DNA of 63,994 bases, filler included, from Octopus bimaculoides (GCF_001194135.2; 5 parts of 5 records of this genome joined end to end with filler, not necessarily neighbours in it); one strand, 5' to 3'; positions 1 to 12,206 are shown, numbered from the whole stretch's first letter. Translations and numbers: made by a program. Notes: generated by a model not told the origin, from the letters alone.

Positions 1-2960
1 CATTTATGCATAATAAGCATTTCCTATTTTTGTTATTATATGCAGGTGCGGATGCTAATATTTTCCAGTGCAGGTTAAAGTTGATGCCCTTATCCTTTAG
101 TTCCCATATGTAGCTACTTAATCCGGTAGAATTCCTTCTGTTCCCGTTCCTAAACGTGTAGTTGTGATAATTAAACCTATGTTTCATACTATTTTTAGTT
201 GCACCCACGTATGCCCTGTTTTCATACTTTGTGTTTACCACACATTGGTATACCACTTCCCTTCTCATGCAGCTATTTCCGAACACGCAGCATTCCTTTA
301 CTCTACAATTGCAAGTTCTACCTAGGTTCCCATAGTTAGTGTGATTAGTGCTAGGATTTGTTATGCTACTGCCATTTATTGCGCTTCCATTTAACCCTAG
401 GGCCCTGTTATTCCCATTACTATTGTTGTTAGCAGTGTTAGGATTCTTACCTCCGCTATATCTAATACTTCTATTGTTACTTGTGATATTCATATCATTA
501 TCATTACTGCTCCTATCATCTGTGTTGATGTCAATGTTTCCAGTGTGGGTATTAGTATCCACATTGTTATCATCCTGATTATCCGTCCTATGGCCAACAC
601 AGTTGTCATATAAGGTTGTGTTGTCTATGCCATTTTTCCTACTTGTATAGAAGCTATCTAACTTCTTATTATTAATTGAGGAGATTATTGCAGCCAGGTT
701 GTGTGTTAAGCTATATCCTATTCTTATTGTCCTTTTATTGATTGACTCCCAATATTTATTCTTTCCCTTTGCAAAGTGTTTATTGATTATATTGAAGATA
801 CTTTTTNNNNNNNNNNNNNNNNNNNNNNNNNNNNNNNNNNNNNNCGTTTTTAATCTGCATGGCGAAGGGAATTATTAGCCATAGGGTGTCCGCCCCAGCT
901 TTGTCTTTATAAGGGTTGCCTATGCTATATGTGGATCTACCAATATTATAACTGCTAACATTGGAATTAGTATTACTCTTCCCGCTACCGTTTCTGCCGC
1001 TGTTATTCCTATTACAATTATTGTTTTTGAAGTTATTATTTCATTCACTATTATTTACATCCGTGCCTTCTATATTATCTCTATCACTAGCAATTCTATC
1101 AGTAAGGATTTTATTCCCACCGTCTCCGTCACCACCATTCCGCACCGGTTGTCTCGGCCCATACATGATATTTTTCTTATTGCCGCCTCCAACATCACCA
1201 TTACCCCTACTATTGGCGTACCAAGTATTTCCATTATTACGACAACCGTTATTATTACCTATACTTTTGTCCCTATCCCTGCCATTTGCCGCGCTATCCC
1301 TGCTATTGGCCGCTCTACATTTTGCAAAGCACCTTCTCTCAGGTGTGGTTGTTTCATCTATATCATTCTGGTTACTATTGTCATTGGGGATGTATTTTAT
1401 CCTATCCCTATACCCTGCATTTTTTAGGGCTACATTGTATCTATCCTTATGTTTATTGAATATCTCTTCATTGGAGGAGAGGTTAGAAATCTTTTGCTTA
1501 TATTTAGAAGTGCTTTCTTCATTTGTGGGGGGTGGTTACTAGAACTATTTATATACCTTATATTAGAATTCTCTTTTATATACGGCTCATGTAGTCCGGT
1601 ATTTAGGTTACAGTTTGCATCTAAGTAATTAATAGAATAGTTTTCATTTTCAATAGTTATGGATAGGCCAAACCTACTAAAGAATTTGTGCAATCGTTTT
1701 ATAAGCAATTCGAGGCGTCTATTCGAGATATTTTCAACCAGGAAAAGTGCGTCGTCTCTATATAGACCGCTAGTTAATTCAGGGAATTCCCTACCTATAT
1801 TGTCCAGTATATAAAGGCTTACTAGGTCAGTAGTTTCTGCCGAATCCCGCGACCCCATTGTAATATCAAAGAGGTCGGGTGTGTCCTTATGTGCCCATAG
1901 CTTGTTATCGAATTCTATAACAGTCTTTCGGGCAGTGAGTATTATCTTTATCTCCTTCATACTAAGGTTAGTGTGCCTTCTGGAGAAAATGAGGGCGCTA
2001 TTTAGGACTACTGGGTTTATAGATGCATAGTAGTTTTGAATATCAATTTGGATTAGTCTAAGGTTACGCCTATTCCCTATCTGTATTTTGGAGAACCAAT
2101 TCAAAGCTCCTTGTGTGTTTTTCCATAAGTCAAGTTTTACCCTATTCCTAATCGTTGGTAGGTACTTATCTAGTATTACTTTACTAAGTTTTCCTAAATC
2201 GGATTTGCTGGGACAAATTAATTTAACCTGTGTTTTGTGTGGGAAGTTCTCTTTGTGGTCTTTAATAGTTATATGTGGTCTGATAGGAGTGAATGGTTCA
2301 GTTTTATCGTCTATATTGAAATCCAGCATAATATTCCTGGCTTCCAAGTTTAACTCTCTTAGAGTGGTGCTAGGTACAACTTTATATTTTTTTATCATTT
2401 CCCTATGTATCAGTTCGTGGTATGTGTTAGTATCTACATTATACAAGTTCCCCGTTTTGTCCGAGTGTGTAAGAATACCATTTTTGGTATCCAGTGTTCT
2501 TAGTAGTTCTTTCAGTCTTCTCTGGTAAGGGTTATGCNNNNNNNNNNATACCATTTTTGGTATCCAGTGTTCTTAGTAGTTCTTTCAGTCTTCTCTGGTA
2601 AGGGTTATGCCTGAGGGGGTGGTTCTTGAACTTGATGTTTTTCACTATGTTCCGTAGTTCTTGTTCGAACTCGTCCAAGTGCTTGTTGGCTGGTGGTGCT
2701 TTTCTAGATTTGAATATATGTTTAGTGAGTTCTCATATTTCGTTGCTATTGTTGTTATTTCTGGTGGGGTGACTGTTAAGAGTTTCCGGGTCCAACTGGG
2801 AAGTCTTTTTATCCTGGTGATGTATCCTCCAGCGTATTCTATGAATGAATTCATTTATTCTTAAGATTAGTTCTTTAACATATGTGCCTTTAGGTGGGAT
2901 AGGTATGTCCTTAAGCGATGAGTCCATCCTTATCAGCTTCATTTTACCAACAGTATTCAT
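1..2960 (-). mobile_element. Penelope-like retroelement (RT plus C-terminal GIY-YIG endonuclease), near full-length, disrupted, running off the left edge; Naiad-like by inference
   Basis: Manual minus-strand translation. N-terminus SLKDIPIP...FKSRKAPP...EFEQELRNIVKNIKF. RT motifs IDIQNYYASI, TMGSRDSAE, LYRDDALF. Thumb SNLSSNEEIFNKHKDRYNVALKNAGY. Then WLIIPF, KHF...IRIGYS, CNCRVKECC...C and EN motifs VVYQC...YVGAT...RFNYH...WELKD...WKILASAPAY...CLLC. Lesions: TGA at 2733-2735, frameshift near 1490, TGA at 1041-1043. Confidence 0.9.
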
Positions 2961-4067
2961 TTTGAGGGTCTATTATATTATATTACATCTAAATGCATAC
3001 ACTTCCGTCAGCAATGTTGTACACAATGCAAAGATCTGCTATACACAACGATGGCAATAATAACAAGTAGCCCTCAGTCAATTATAACGTGAGAGAGTTA
3101 TATATATATATATATATATGTATANNNNNNNNNNNNNNNNNNNNNNNNNNNNNNNNNNNNNNNNNNNNNNNNNNNNNNNNNNNNNNNNNNNNNNNNNNNN
3201 NNNNNNNNNNNNNNNNNNNNNNNNNNNNNNNNNGTGTGCAAGATTCTTGATGTGGATACGTGTGTTGAAAGAAATACAATTAAACCTTGGGAGAGGCATT
3301 ATGCCGGTAATAAACACACGCACTGGTTCAGTCCTTTATTAATTTATATAGTTTTTTGTTAAATTATTTCATTGCACTCTTGCAATCTCTTCAGTAACTT
3401 GTCTCTCCACTTCCATTTATTTTGAATATATGATCTGGCGTTGTTTTGGCGTTGTTTCGAAACTGTTTGGTATGAATTTAAGTATATGTGTGTATATCTC
3501 TAAATATATAAAAATGAGAATGGTTTCATCCAAGGAAATACAGGTTCAATACCTGCTATAATGAATCCATAAACACATATAAAACATCCAAGGGTATATT
3601 TTTTTTTCCTCTGAAGATATTAAGCTCATGTCATATAAATTTAACATTTACTGAGTATTAACTGAACCAGCTGTAAGGGATGATGATTAATTTGCTGTTA
3701 ATAATAAATAATTATTAACTTCTCAATCTCCTTTTTCTTTTCCTAGAGGTACCTGGCATTGCCTGGAAATGAAATTGTACCTTATATATTGGAAGAAAAA
3801 TTATTTTGTATAGAAATTTGTTATTCTAAATTCAATTTATTCTTCAACTAGCAGTATAACCCAACGTTTTCAGTGTGTGACTTATTACGCCATCTACGAT
3901 AAGTCTTGCTAGTTGAAAATCAACTAAAAAAGAAAGCCTTACAACAAAAAAACACTTATGATGTAAATATGTTCATAATTCAAAAGACGATGAAATTAAT
4001 AGGGAAAGTCTGAAGGCTGTTTTGCGTAACATTATTAAGTGTACGTAAATTTCATCTGTCTAATTGG

Positions 4068-4545
4068 CTATATAAATGGTTGTGCAAAACAACTCTTTGC
4101 GCTGCCCTGATTATACATAGCAGGGTAATTCCTTTCCGCAGGAGCTAGGACAGCAATTTCTGATGAAGCAATTGCTGGCGATCTGTTGCTACACAGTTCT
4201 GCCAGAATTCTATCAGATTGGGCAGTAGATGTTGTTTTTGCTTCTGGAATGTGGTGAATTGCTGCAGTCTGTTGCTGTCTTTTTAAACCGGTTGCTTTCT
4301 TTCCCCAGCAAGCTCTCTTCTTTGGAGGCATAATCTATGTACATATTAAACAGAACAACAAAAGTTATAACAGATGGCAGGGTCGGTAGTTTTCACATTT
4401 CGGTAATTTTTCAGATTAACACCCGCACGATTATCTAACCCTAACCCTGACCCTAAAACTGTAACCATAACACCAACCCTAATCTAAACCCTAACCCTAA
4501 CACACTAGTGAAAATCGTACGGGTGTTAATCTGAAAAATTACCCA
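4068..4545 (-). mobile_element. Unclassified repeat, copy 1: 31-bp inverted repeat enclosing degenerate (CCCTAA)n, with a short MPPKKR-initiated ORF on the minus strand
   Basis: Arms at 4402-4432 and 4513-4543 are reverse complements with 1 mismatch. The core 4436-4500 is telomere-like. The block recurs at about 7065-7470. Confidence 0.55.
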
Positions 4546-4768
4546 CATTTCTAATGAAGTTCACTGATTTTGCAATGTGTTGTCCTGTCGGTCAAACTAA
4601 AGCATTTGACCTGGTGACAAAAATTTTTTTTAATTAGTCTAATAGGTGTAAAACAACTTGCTGAGAACGAATAGGAATAAAAAATGTGCGCTTGCAAACG
4701 GGATGGGTGGGGAGAGGGCTCGGAACATTCACATCGTGAATGTTTCGAGACACCTCACCGGAACCAAG

Positions 4769-4928
4769 AAGCAAAAGAAAAATAGTGTAATAGATGTAAA
4801 ACGACTTACTCTGAACGAGTATGAAAAAAAAAATACGCTCTCGCGAAAGGCGGGGTGGGGAGAGGACGCAGAACATTTACATTGTCACACATCGTCAGTC
4901 CATCTATTACACTATTTTTCTTTTGTTT
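4769..4928. repeat. 28-bp inverted repeat with about 104-bp spacer (MITE-like)
   Basis: aagcaaaagaaaaatagtgtaatagatg (4769-4796) versus catctattacactatttttcttttgttt (4901-4928), 1 mismatch. Confidence 0.6.
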
Positions 4929-5107
4929 CAGCTGGAGAGAAGAGGGAGAGAGGAATAGAGAGAGAGAGGGGGGGAGAAAGGAATAGAGAACGGGAGCAAT
5001 GAAGAGAGAGAAAGGGAGGGAGAACGGAAGACAGTTATAAAATAACAATGCGTGTGTGTGTTTATATAAGTAACACACACAAACTAAATTTTATATCTAT
5101 AATGTTA

Positions 5108-6062
5108 GAATAAGAATAGCCTGGGCAAAGTTTAGAGAGCTCTTACCCCTGCTGGCGACAAAGGGACTCTCACTCAGAGTAAAAGGCAGACTGTATGACG
5201 CATGTGTACGAACAGCCATGCTACATGGCAGTGAAACATGGGCTGTAACTGCTGAGGACATACGTAAGCTCGCAAGGAATGAAGCCAGTATGCTCCGTTG
5301 GATGTGTAATGTCAATGTGAATNNNNNNNNNNNNNNNNNNNNNNNNNNNNNNNNNNNNNNNNNNNNNNNNNNNNNNNNNNNNNNNNNNNNNNNNNNNNNN
5401 NNNNNNNNNNNNNNNNNNNNNNNNNNNNNNNNNNNNNNNNNNNNNNNNNNNNNNNNNNNNNNNNNNNNNNNNNNNNNNNNNNNNNNNNNNNNNNNNNNNN
5501 NNNNNNNNNNNNNNNNNNNNNNNNNNNNNNNNNNNNNNNNNNNNNNNNNNNNNNNNNNNNNNNNNNNNNNNNNNNNNNNNNNNNNNNNNNNNNNNNNNNN
5601 NNNNNNNNNNNNNNNNNNNNNNNNNNNNNNNNNNNNNNNNNNNNNNNNNNNNNNNNNNNNNNNNNNNNNNNNNNNNNNNNNNNNNNNNNNNNNNNNNNNN
5701 NNNNNNNNNNNNNNNNNNNNNNNNNNNNNNNNNNNNNNNNNNNNNNNNNNNNNNNNNNNNNNNNNNNNNNNNNNNNNNNNNNNNNNNNNNNNNNNNNNNN
5801 NNNNNNNNNNNNNNNNNNNNNNNNNNNNNAAAGACACCATTTCGAGCGTGGCCGTTTTCATGCGGGTGACACGTAAAAGCACCCACTACATTCTCTGTGT
5901 GGTTGGCGTTAGGAAGGGTATCCAGCTGTAGAAACTCTGCCAAATTAGATTGGAGCCTGGTGTTGCCATCCGGTTTCAAAAGTCCTCAGTCAAATCGTCC
6001 AACCCATGCTAGCATGGAAAGCGGACGTTAAACGATGATGATGATGATGATGATGATGATGA
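5108..6062 (+). mobile_element. 5'-truncated RTE-clade LINE with an internal assembly gap and an (ATG)n tail
   Basis: Reading frame AWAKFRELLPLLATKGLSLRVKGRLYDACVRTAMLHGSETWAV...NEASMLRWMC. 3' UTR ends catgctagcatggaaagcggacgttaaacgatgatgat, matching the minus-strand copy at 50783. Confidence 0.85.
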
Positions 6063-7064
6063 ATGTTGATGTGTGTATGTGTTTATGTGTATGTTGTTGT
6101 CACAGATCACGTATGTGTGGTTGTGTGTGTTTTTACGTTTCTATGTTATGTAAAATATGCTAGAAGTAGAGGGATAGAAGAAAACTATTAAATGAGAGAG
6201 AGAAAGAAGTAAGAGTGAAAAGGTCTTAAACAAAGTTAACCTATGACTTTGTATGTATCACTTTCTCTCTCTCTCTCCCTCTTTTACTCTTACTCTCTAT
6301 ATTATATGTTGAGCGCGTGATCGATGTGTAAGAACGCCATTACAGGTAGAAAGGAAGAAATATAAAAGTTGCTAGAAACAACAGCCAAATCTCCCTTAAA
6401 TCACACAAAGTAAACGGAATTTTTAAAATCTAATTACTGCACTGGAAAATTCTCATCAAGAAAATTCCATTGATGTAAAAATTTTTCCGAAAAAGTGGAA
6501 AATGTGGATTTCTATAAACTTTTANNNNNNNNNNNNNNNNNNNNNNNNNNNNNNNNNNNNNNNNNNNNNNNNNNNNNNNNNNNNNNNNNNNNNNNNNNNN
6601 NNNNNNNNNNNNNNNNNNNNNNNNNNNNNNNNNNNNNNNNNNNNNNNNNNNNNNNNNNNNNNNNNNNNNNNNNNNNNNNNNNNNNNNNNNNNNNNNNNNN
6701 NNNNNNNNNNNNNNNNNNNNNNNNNNNNNNNNNNNNNNNNNNNNNNNNNNNNNNNNNNNNNNNNNNNNNNNNNNNNNNNNNNNNNNNNNNNNNNNNNNNN
6801 NNNNNNNNNNNNNNNNNNNNNNNNNNNNNNNNNNNNNNNNNNNNNNNNNNNNNNNNNNNNNNNNNNNNNNNNNNNNNNNNNNNNNNNNNNNNNNNNNNNN
6901 NNNNNNNNNNNNNNNNNNNNNNNNNNNNNNNNNNNNNNNNNNNNNNNNNNNNNNNNNNNNNNNNNNNNNNNNNNNNNNNNNNNNNNNNNNNNNNNNNNNN
7001 NNNNNNNNNNNNNNNNNNNNNNNNNNNNNNNNNNNNNNNNNNNNNNNAGCAGGAGGTAGGATGG

Positions 7065-7470
7065 CAATTTCTGACGAAGCAATTGCTGGCGATCTGTTGC
7101 TACACAGTTTTGCCAGAATTCTATCAGATTAGGTAGAATATGTTGATGCACCACTTTGCATTATGTTCAAAGTAGCTTCTGGAATGTGGTGAATTGCTGC
7201 AGTCTGTTGCTGTCATTTTAAACTGGTTGCTTTCTTTCCCCAGCAAACTCTCTTGTTTGGAGGCATAATCTATGTATGTATTAAACAGAACAACAAAAGT
7301 TATAATAAATGGCAGGGTCGGTAATTTTCACATTTCTGTAATTTTTCAGATTAACACCCGCACGATTACCCAACCCTAACCCTAGCACGAACCCTAAACC
7401 CTAACCGTAACCTTAAAACCCTAACCCTAACCATAAAACCCTAACCCTAACACCCTAGTGAAAATCGTGG
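7065..7470 (-). mobile_element. Unclassified repeat, copy 2 of 4068-4545, with the right inverted arm truncated
   Basis: Direct similarity to 4150-4520, including gcaattgctggcgatctgttgctacacag and cagattaacacccgcacgatt, plus (CCCTAA)-like units at about 7370-7450. Confidence 0.6.
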
Positions 7471-7698
7471 TATATTTACCAAACATTGATGAACATGAGT
7501 TATATTGTAGTCAATGATTGTGTGTACAGGTAGAAGGGAAGAAATATAAAAGTTGCTAGAAACAACAGCCAACTCTCCCTTAAATCACACAAAGTAAACG
7601 GAATTTTAAAATGTTTACATCAATGGAATTTTTTCAATGTGAATTTACCAGTGCAGTAATTATGCGCTCAACATATAATTTAGAGAGTAAGAGTAAAA

Positions 7699-7757
<59 letters not shown>

Positions 7758-8499
7758 NNNNNNNNNNNNNNNNNNNNNNNNNNNNNNNNNNNNNNNNNNN
7801 NNNNNNNNNNNNNNNNNNNNNNNNNNNNNNNNNNNNNNNNNNNNNNNNNNNNNNNNNNNNNNNNNNNNNNNNNNNNNNNNNNNNNNNNNNNNNNNNNNNN
7901 NNNNNNNNNNNNNNNNNNNNNNNNNNNNNNNNNNNNNNNNNNNNNNNNNNNNNNNNNNNNNNNNNNNNNNNNNNNNNNNNNNNNNNNNNNNNNNNNNNNN
8001 NNNNNNNNNNNNNNNNNNNNNNNNNNNNNNNNNNNNNNNNNNNNNNNNNNNNNNNNNNNNNNNNNNNNNNNNNNNNNNNNNNNNNNNNNNNNNNNNNNNN
8101 NNNNNNNNNNNNNNNNNNNNNNNNNNNNNNNNNNNNNNNNNNNNNNNNNNNNNNNNNNNNNNNNNNNNNNNNNNNNNNNNNNNNNNNNNNNNNNNNNNNN
8201 NNNNNNNNNNNNNNNNNNNNNNNNNNNNNNNNNNNNNNNNNNNNNNNNNNNNNNNNNNNNNNNNNNNNNNNNNNNNNNNNNNNNNNNNNNNNNNNNNNNN
8301 NNNNNNNNNNNNNNNNNNNNNNNNNNNNNNNNNNNNNNNNNNNNNNNNNNNNNNNNNNNNNNNNNNNNNNNNNNNNNNNNNNNNNNNNNNNNNNNNNNNN
8401 NNNNNNNNNNNNNNNNNNNNNNNNNNNNNNNNNNNNNNNNNNNNNNNNNNNNNNNNNNNNNNNNNNNNNNNNNNATCAATTCTGAATTCATAATACAAA

Positions 8500-11400
8500 A
8501 ATAATAATAATTAACTCTTTTATAGGCCACAAGGACTAATATAAATCAAAACATTAAAGGACAACATGAGATGATATACAAAGGGTTTTGCAAAAAAAAA
8601 AAAAATGTTTATGTAAACATTTGATAATAAAAACAATATAACAAGTAAAATCCCATAAAAGCCACGGGTGCCTGATCAACAGAGCAAGAGATCTCCTTTT
8701 AAACTTCTTTTTTTTATGGGTGTATTTTCAGAATTGGTCCATCCATACTGGCCATTTTTCCGACATCCACACACCTTTCAACAAATTTGCTAGAAGACAA
8801 CACTTCCCTCTCTACCTTCACTTTCCTTTTTAAGTGGAACTTGAAAAAGTTGATGAGACCTTGGCTAAAGAGGGAAGTGTTTGACTTTAGCTCTTTTAAA
8901 CGGGTCCACCATACTACTCCTCTCACTACAGCCACCAGACAAATGAAAATTGCCTGCCCCTCCCGATTAAAGGAGGCCAGTGAGGCAATCTTCACTATGG
9001 ATTCAGCTGATAGCCGGATCCGTCCTACATGCGACAGCAACTGTTTGACATAAACCCACAGGTCAGCAATGCTCAGGCACTGGACGAGTGTGAGCAGAAC
9101 AGTTTCATCACTCTGGGTACATCGTGGGCAGGCCCAGTTGATGGCACTTCCGTGCCTGTAAAGTTTATCTCGAATGGGCAGCACCCCTCGGTAGCGGTGC
9201 CAGGCAAGGGATTTCTGGAAGTTATCCATAGGCCCCAGCACAAAAGTTCTCCCAAACAGATTGGTTAGTTGATCATCATCGACACCTAGAGTTTCCCTGA
9301 GAACGTCATTGCACTTTTTCTCCACTAACCCTCTATAGGACACTAGAGTGGAACTATTACCGATTGCATTGCCTGCCTGATGGAGGGCTGTGAGCACTTG
9401 ATGGAACTTGAAGTGCCAAATGCCCTAATTGATTCTACTCTAATTGCCCTCTTAAGAGCAATCCACCAGTTGCTGTTGATGATTGCCCCTGTCAATGCCC
9501 TCTTCACTTAAAGGCTAATCCAGTCTCTGTAAACTTTGCATGCCAGTAACGATGTGTTTAGCTTCCAGTAACTGGTACCCTGTCTATGGAACCTATCTAA
9601 GTCGACTGTACAGATGAGGAATTTGTTGTCTGTATAGCCATTTATGTGAAATTGTGGACACCCTATGCTGTCCTTATCCACTGGCCTACAGAAAACTCTA
9701 GATATGATCTAGATGACCCAATGCGATTTGTCCAAGTCCACATTGGTACATTCGGGTTATCTAGTTAGTATCTGTCAGACAGTTGAAAGCGTCTGAGCAG
9801 GTTAGTGAGGCTTTTGCACCCCTCTCTCCTATCAGATGCTCCCACTCTCACACAATCGAAACGTTCATCTAAGACAGTGTTTCAATCTCCTACTAGCACT
9901 AAAGTGTGAGACGTTTCCAGGGAAACCTCCAGATGCTTGAAACAATCTGACTGCCATGTCCCTATCAAGGCATAGGCAGCCACCAGTTTGAGAGCACTAC
10001 CATCACTGCTGTTCAAATCCAGGACCACCAACTTACTTTCTCGATCCAGGAAGATTGCCTTTTTATTTTCAGATCCAGACCTTTCCAGAAAAGCACCACA
10101 GTACCACCACCGCCCCCTCCCGACCAACACAGAGATAGAAAAATCTCGTATCTGCCAAAAAGGGCTGTGAGGTCCTGCGGGTAGGAAAGCCTGGTTTCAC
10201 TAATGGCTGTTACATCCACACTGAATGACCTCAGGTCGTTTAAGAGGTGACCTGAGGCCCCTGACATTTATGCTACAAATTCTGAGCACAACCATGTCAA
10301 AAGTATTTGTCTGGTGGGGTGGCCCCCTTTTGCTTTGGTGTGGGTATTTCCATGAGTTTTTTTTAATATTTTTTTTGAGAAGGTTTTTTGAAGCGACCCA
10401 ATATCTTGTGGAAATTTTGTTTTAATAGCACTGTAATTGCGTTGTGTGATCTTGAAAATTAGTATGTGCGGTGGTGATGTGTGGTGTGTTGGGATAACAA
10501 AAAGTCTGCCATTGTAGTGTCTGTATTGTCTTTCAGATATGTGATCAGGTCTTCGTTGCTTGTTTATGGCTGTGATGTTTGTAGTGCTGGTGGAGTCTCT
10601 GTGTATTGTAATTTGTGTTGGTATTTGAGGTGGTAGTGCTGGTGAAGTGGTGTTGTTGTGTGTGCATGTTGCTGCTGCTGTTGGGAAGATTTGCCTTTTT
10701 GCACCTTCCCACCTTTTCAATTGTCTCTTTGATCCTTTTCTTTCATTTCTTTTTGGGGGTACTGTATGCCACTCCCTGCTTCTCACCATCAGTACTCGAA
10801 GTGTCTAAGTTGATTTGGAGGGAATGTCTTGTGGGTTTCTCTTCAGTGTTTGTGGGGCTTCATCTACTATTGCTGGTGGTAGTGGTGTTGCTGCTGTCTC
10901 TGATGTTGGTGTTGGTGGTGGTCTGGTGACGGTTGGAGGTGGTGTCGCTGTTGCTGGGTGTTAGTGATGCGGGGACTTCTGGTTTCTGTCTCTGCTGCAT
11001 CTCCTGCTGCTGCACTGGAGGTGGCACTGACATTGGTGTTGGTTGCACTGCCTGCTTTCACTCCTTGTATTTGGGGCAATCAACCCTTAGGTGCTTGTCA
11101 CACTCACAGAGGTAGCACCTTGGCCTTCTGCCCTCTACAGCGATGTGAAGTCTGGTGCTGTCTGGTAAACTTATGGTATCAGATATGGCATTTATGCTTT
11201 TTTTGTTCAATTTGAATAAGCAGCTCCATGCTTGTTCAATTTTGTTGGCGCAATTTGTGCACCTCCAGTATTGTGACAGTGTCCTCTATGTCTAAGAGGA
11301 CAGCTGCCACCAGCCAGCATACATTTAATTCAGGTGGTATTTCTTCAATTTTTATTTTTGTTACATGCCAACGAGTAGCAATTCTTCTGTTTTTAGGGGC

Positions 11401-12190
11401 ACTGTGGAATGCTACCTTGCCTCCTACTCAGTTAGAAAGAGCATTTTTACAGTGCCAAAACACTTTCCTTTGGTAACATACATTTTTCTCGACCATATTA
11501 GTCTTAGCGCAATTTCTAATCACTGTTGAGTTGACTGTTCAAGTTTTTTTGTGCTTTGTGTTGAACATCTTGTACATTACTGTTTTTCTGTTTCATTTAT
11601 TAGCTTTTGTGGGATGTTAAGGAAGACATTATTTCCTTCTCTTCTTAACAAATCCTTTACACTTTTTATGTCATCAATTGTTAAATTGAGTTCTTTCGTT
11701 TGTTTCGCTGCAGAGGCGAAAGTGTTTGTTGTCATTGTTGTTAGTACTTGTGGAGATGTCAGTGCAAATGATTTTTTGCTTTATGGTTTCATTCCTCTCT
11801 TCCTCCTTCCCCAGTGTAAGAACAATAGTGAGGGTGAGAGGAGGGAAATTGTCATTTGAAAGGTGGTTTAAAACACCGCTTTCACTCTCTTCTTGAGTAG
11901 TGCACATGCTGGAGCGCTTTTTGTCATTCTCCTCTATGCCTTTTAAGGTGCAGAGTGGGCGGCGATAGTTAACTTTGGAACTTTTGTCGTTGTTATTCAA
12001 CAGCAGAGGGGGTGATTCACAAAGAAAGGAAGAGCTTATACACTTCTTCAAAGACATTTTTTTTTTCCACAAAATGAAATTCAAAAATGAGAAATAGAAA
12101 TTTTGAATTGAAAAATTTGCCCCTAAAGGAGCAAAGTCTTGCCTAATCACTTAGCTCAGTGAGAGCCCAGTTGGCTTGGCCACCAAGATA
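8500..12190 (-). mobile_element. L1/Tx1-clade LINE: ORF1 with CCHC knuckle, AP endonuclease and C-terminal zf-RVT-like region; RT domain deleted; pseudogenised
   Basis: ORF1 remnant with VEGRRPRCYLC...HLRVDC (about 11073-11130). ORF2 starts at 10295 (MVVLRICSINVRGL) with AISETRL, LVGD*N, WTWTN and SYWKLNTSLL (9544-9567). It then jumps near 9415 to the C-terminal LPIRDKLYRHG...CPRC...ETVLLTLVQC...LW. 3' end ccttgtggcctataaagag followed by (att)n. The 5' boundary is approximate. Confidence 0.85.
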
Positions 12191-12206
12191 TAGAAAAAAA
12201 TTATAT

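Noticed and set aside
348-1542. Hydrophobic Leu-rich plus-strand ORFs that look like membrane proteins
   Set aside because: They are antisense shadows of the Asn/Ser-rich PLE coding strand.
2479-2610. About 60-bp direct duplication around an 11-N gap inside the PLE
   Set aside because: Identical sequence on both sides of a small gap is the signature of unmerged overlapping contig ends.
4436-4500. Interstitial telomere as evidence of a chromosome fusion
   Set aside because: The units are short, degenerate and embedded in a repeated element, so they are better explained as part of that element.
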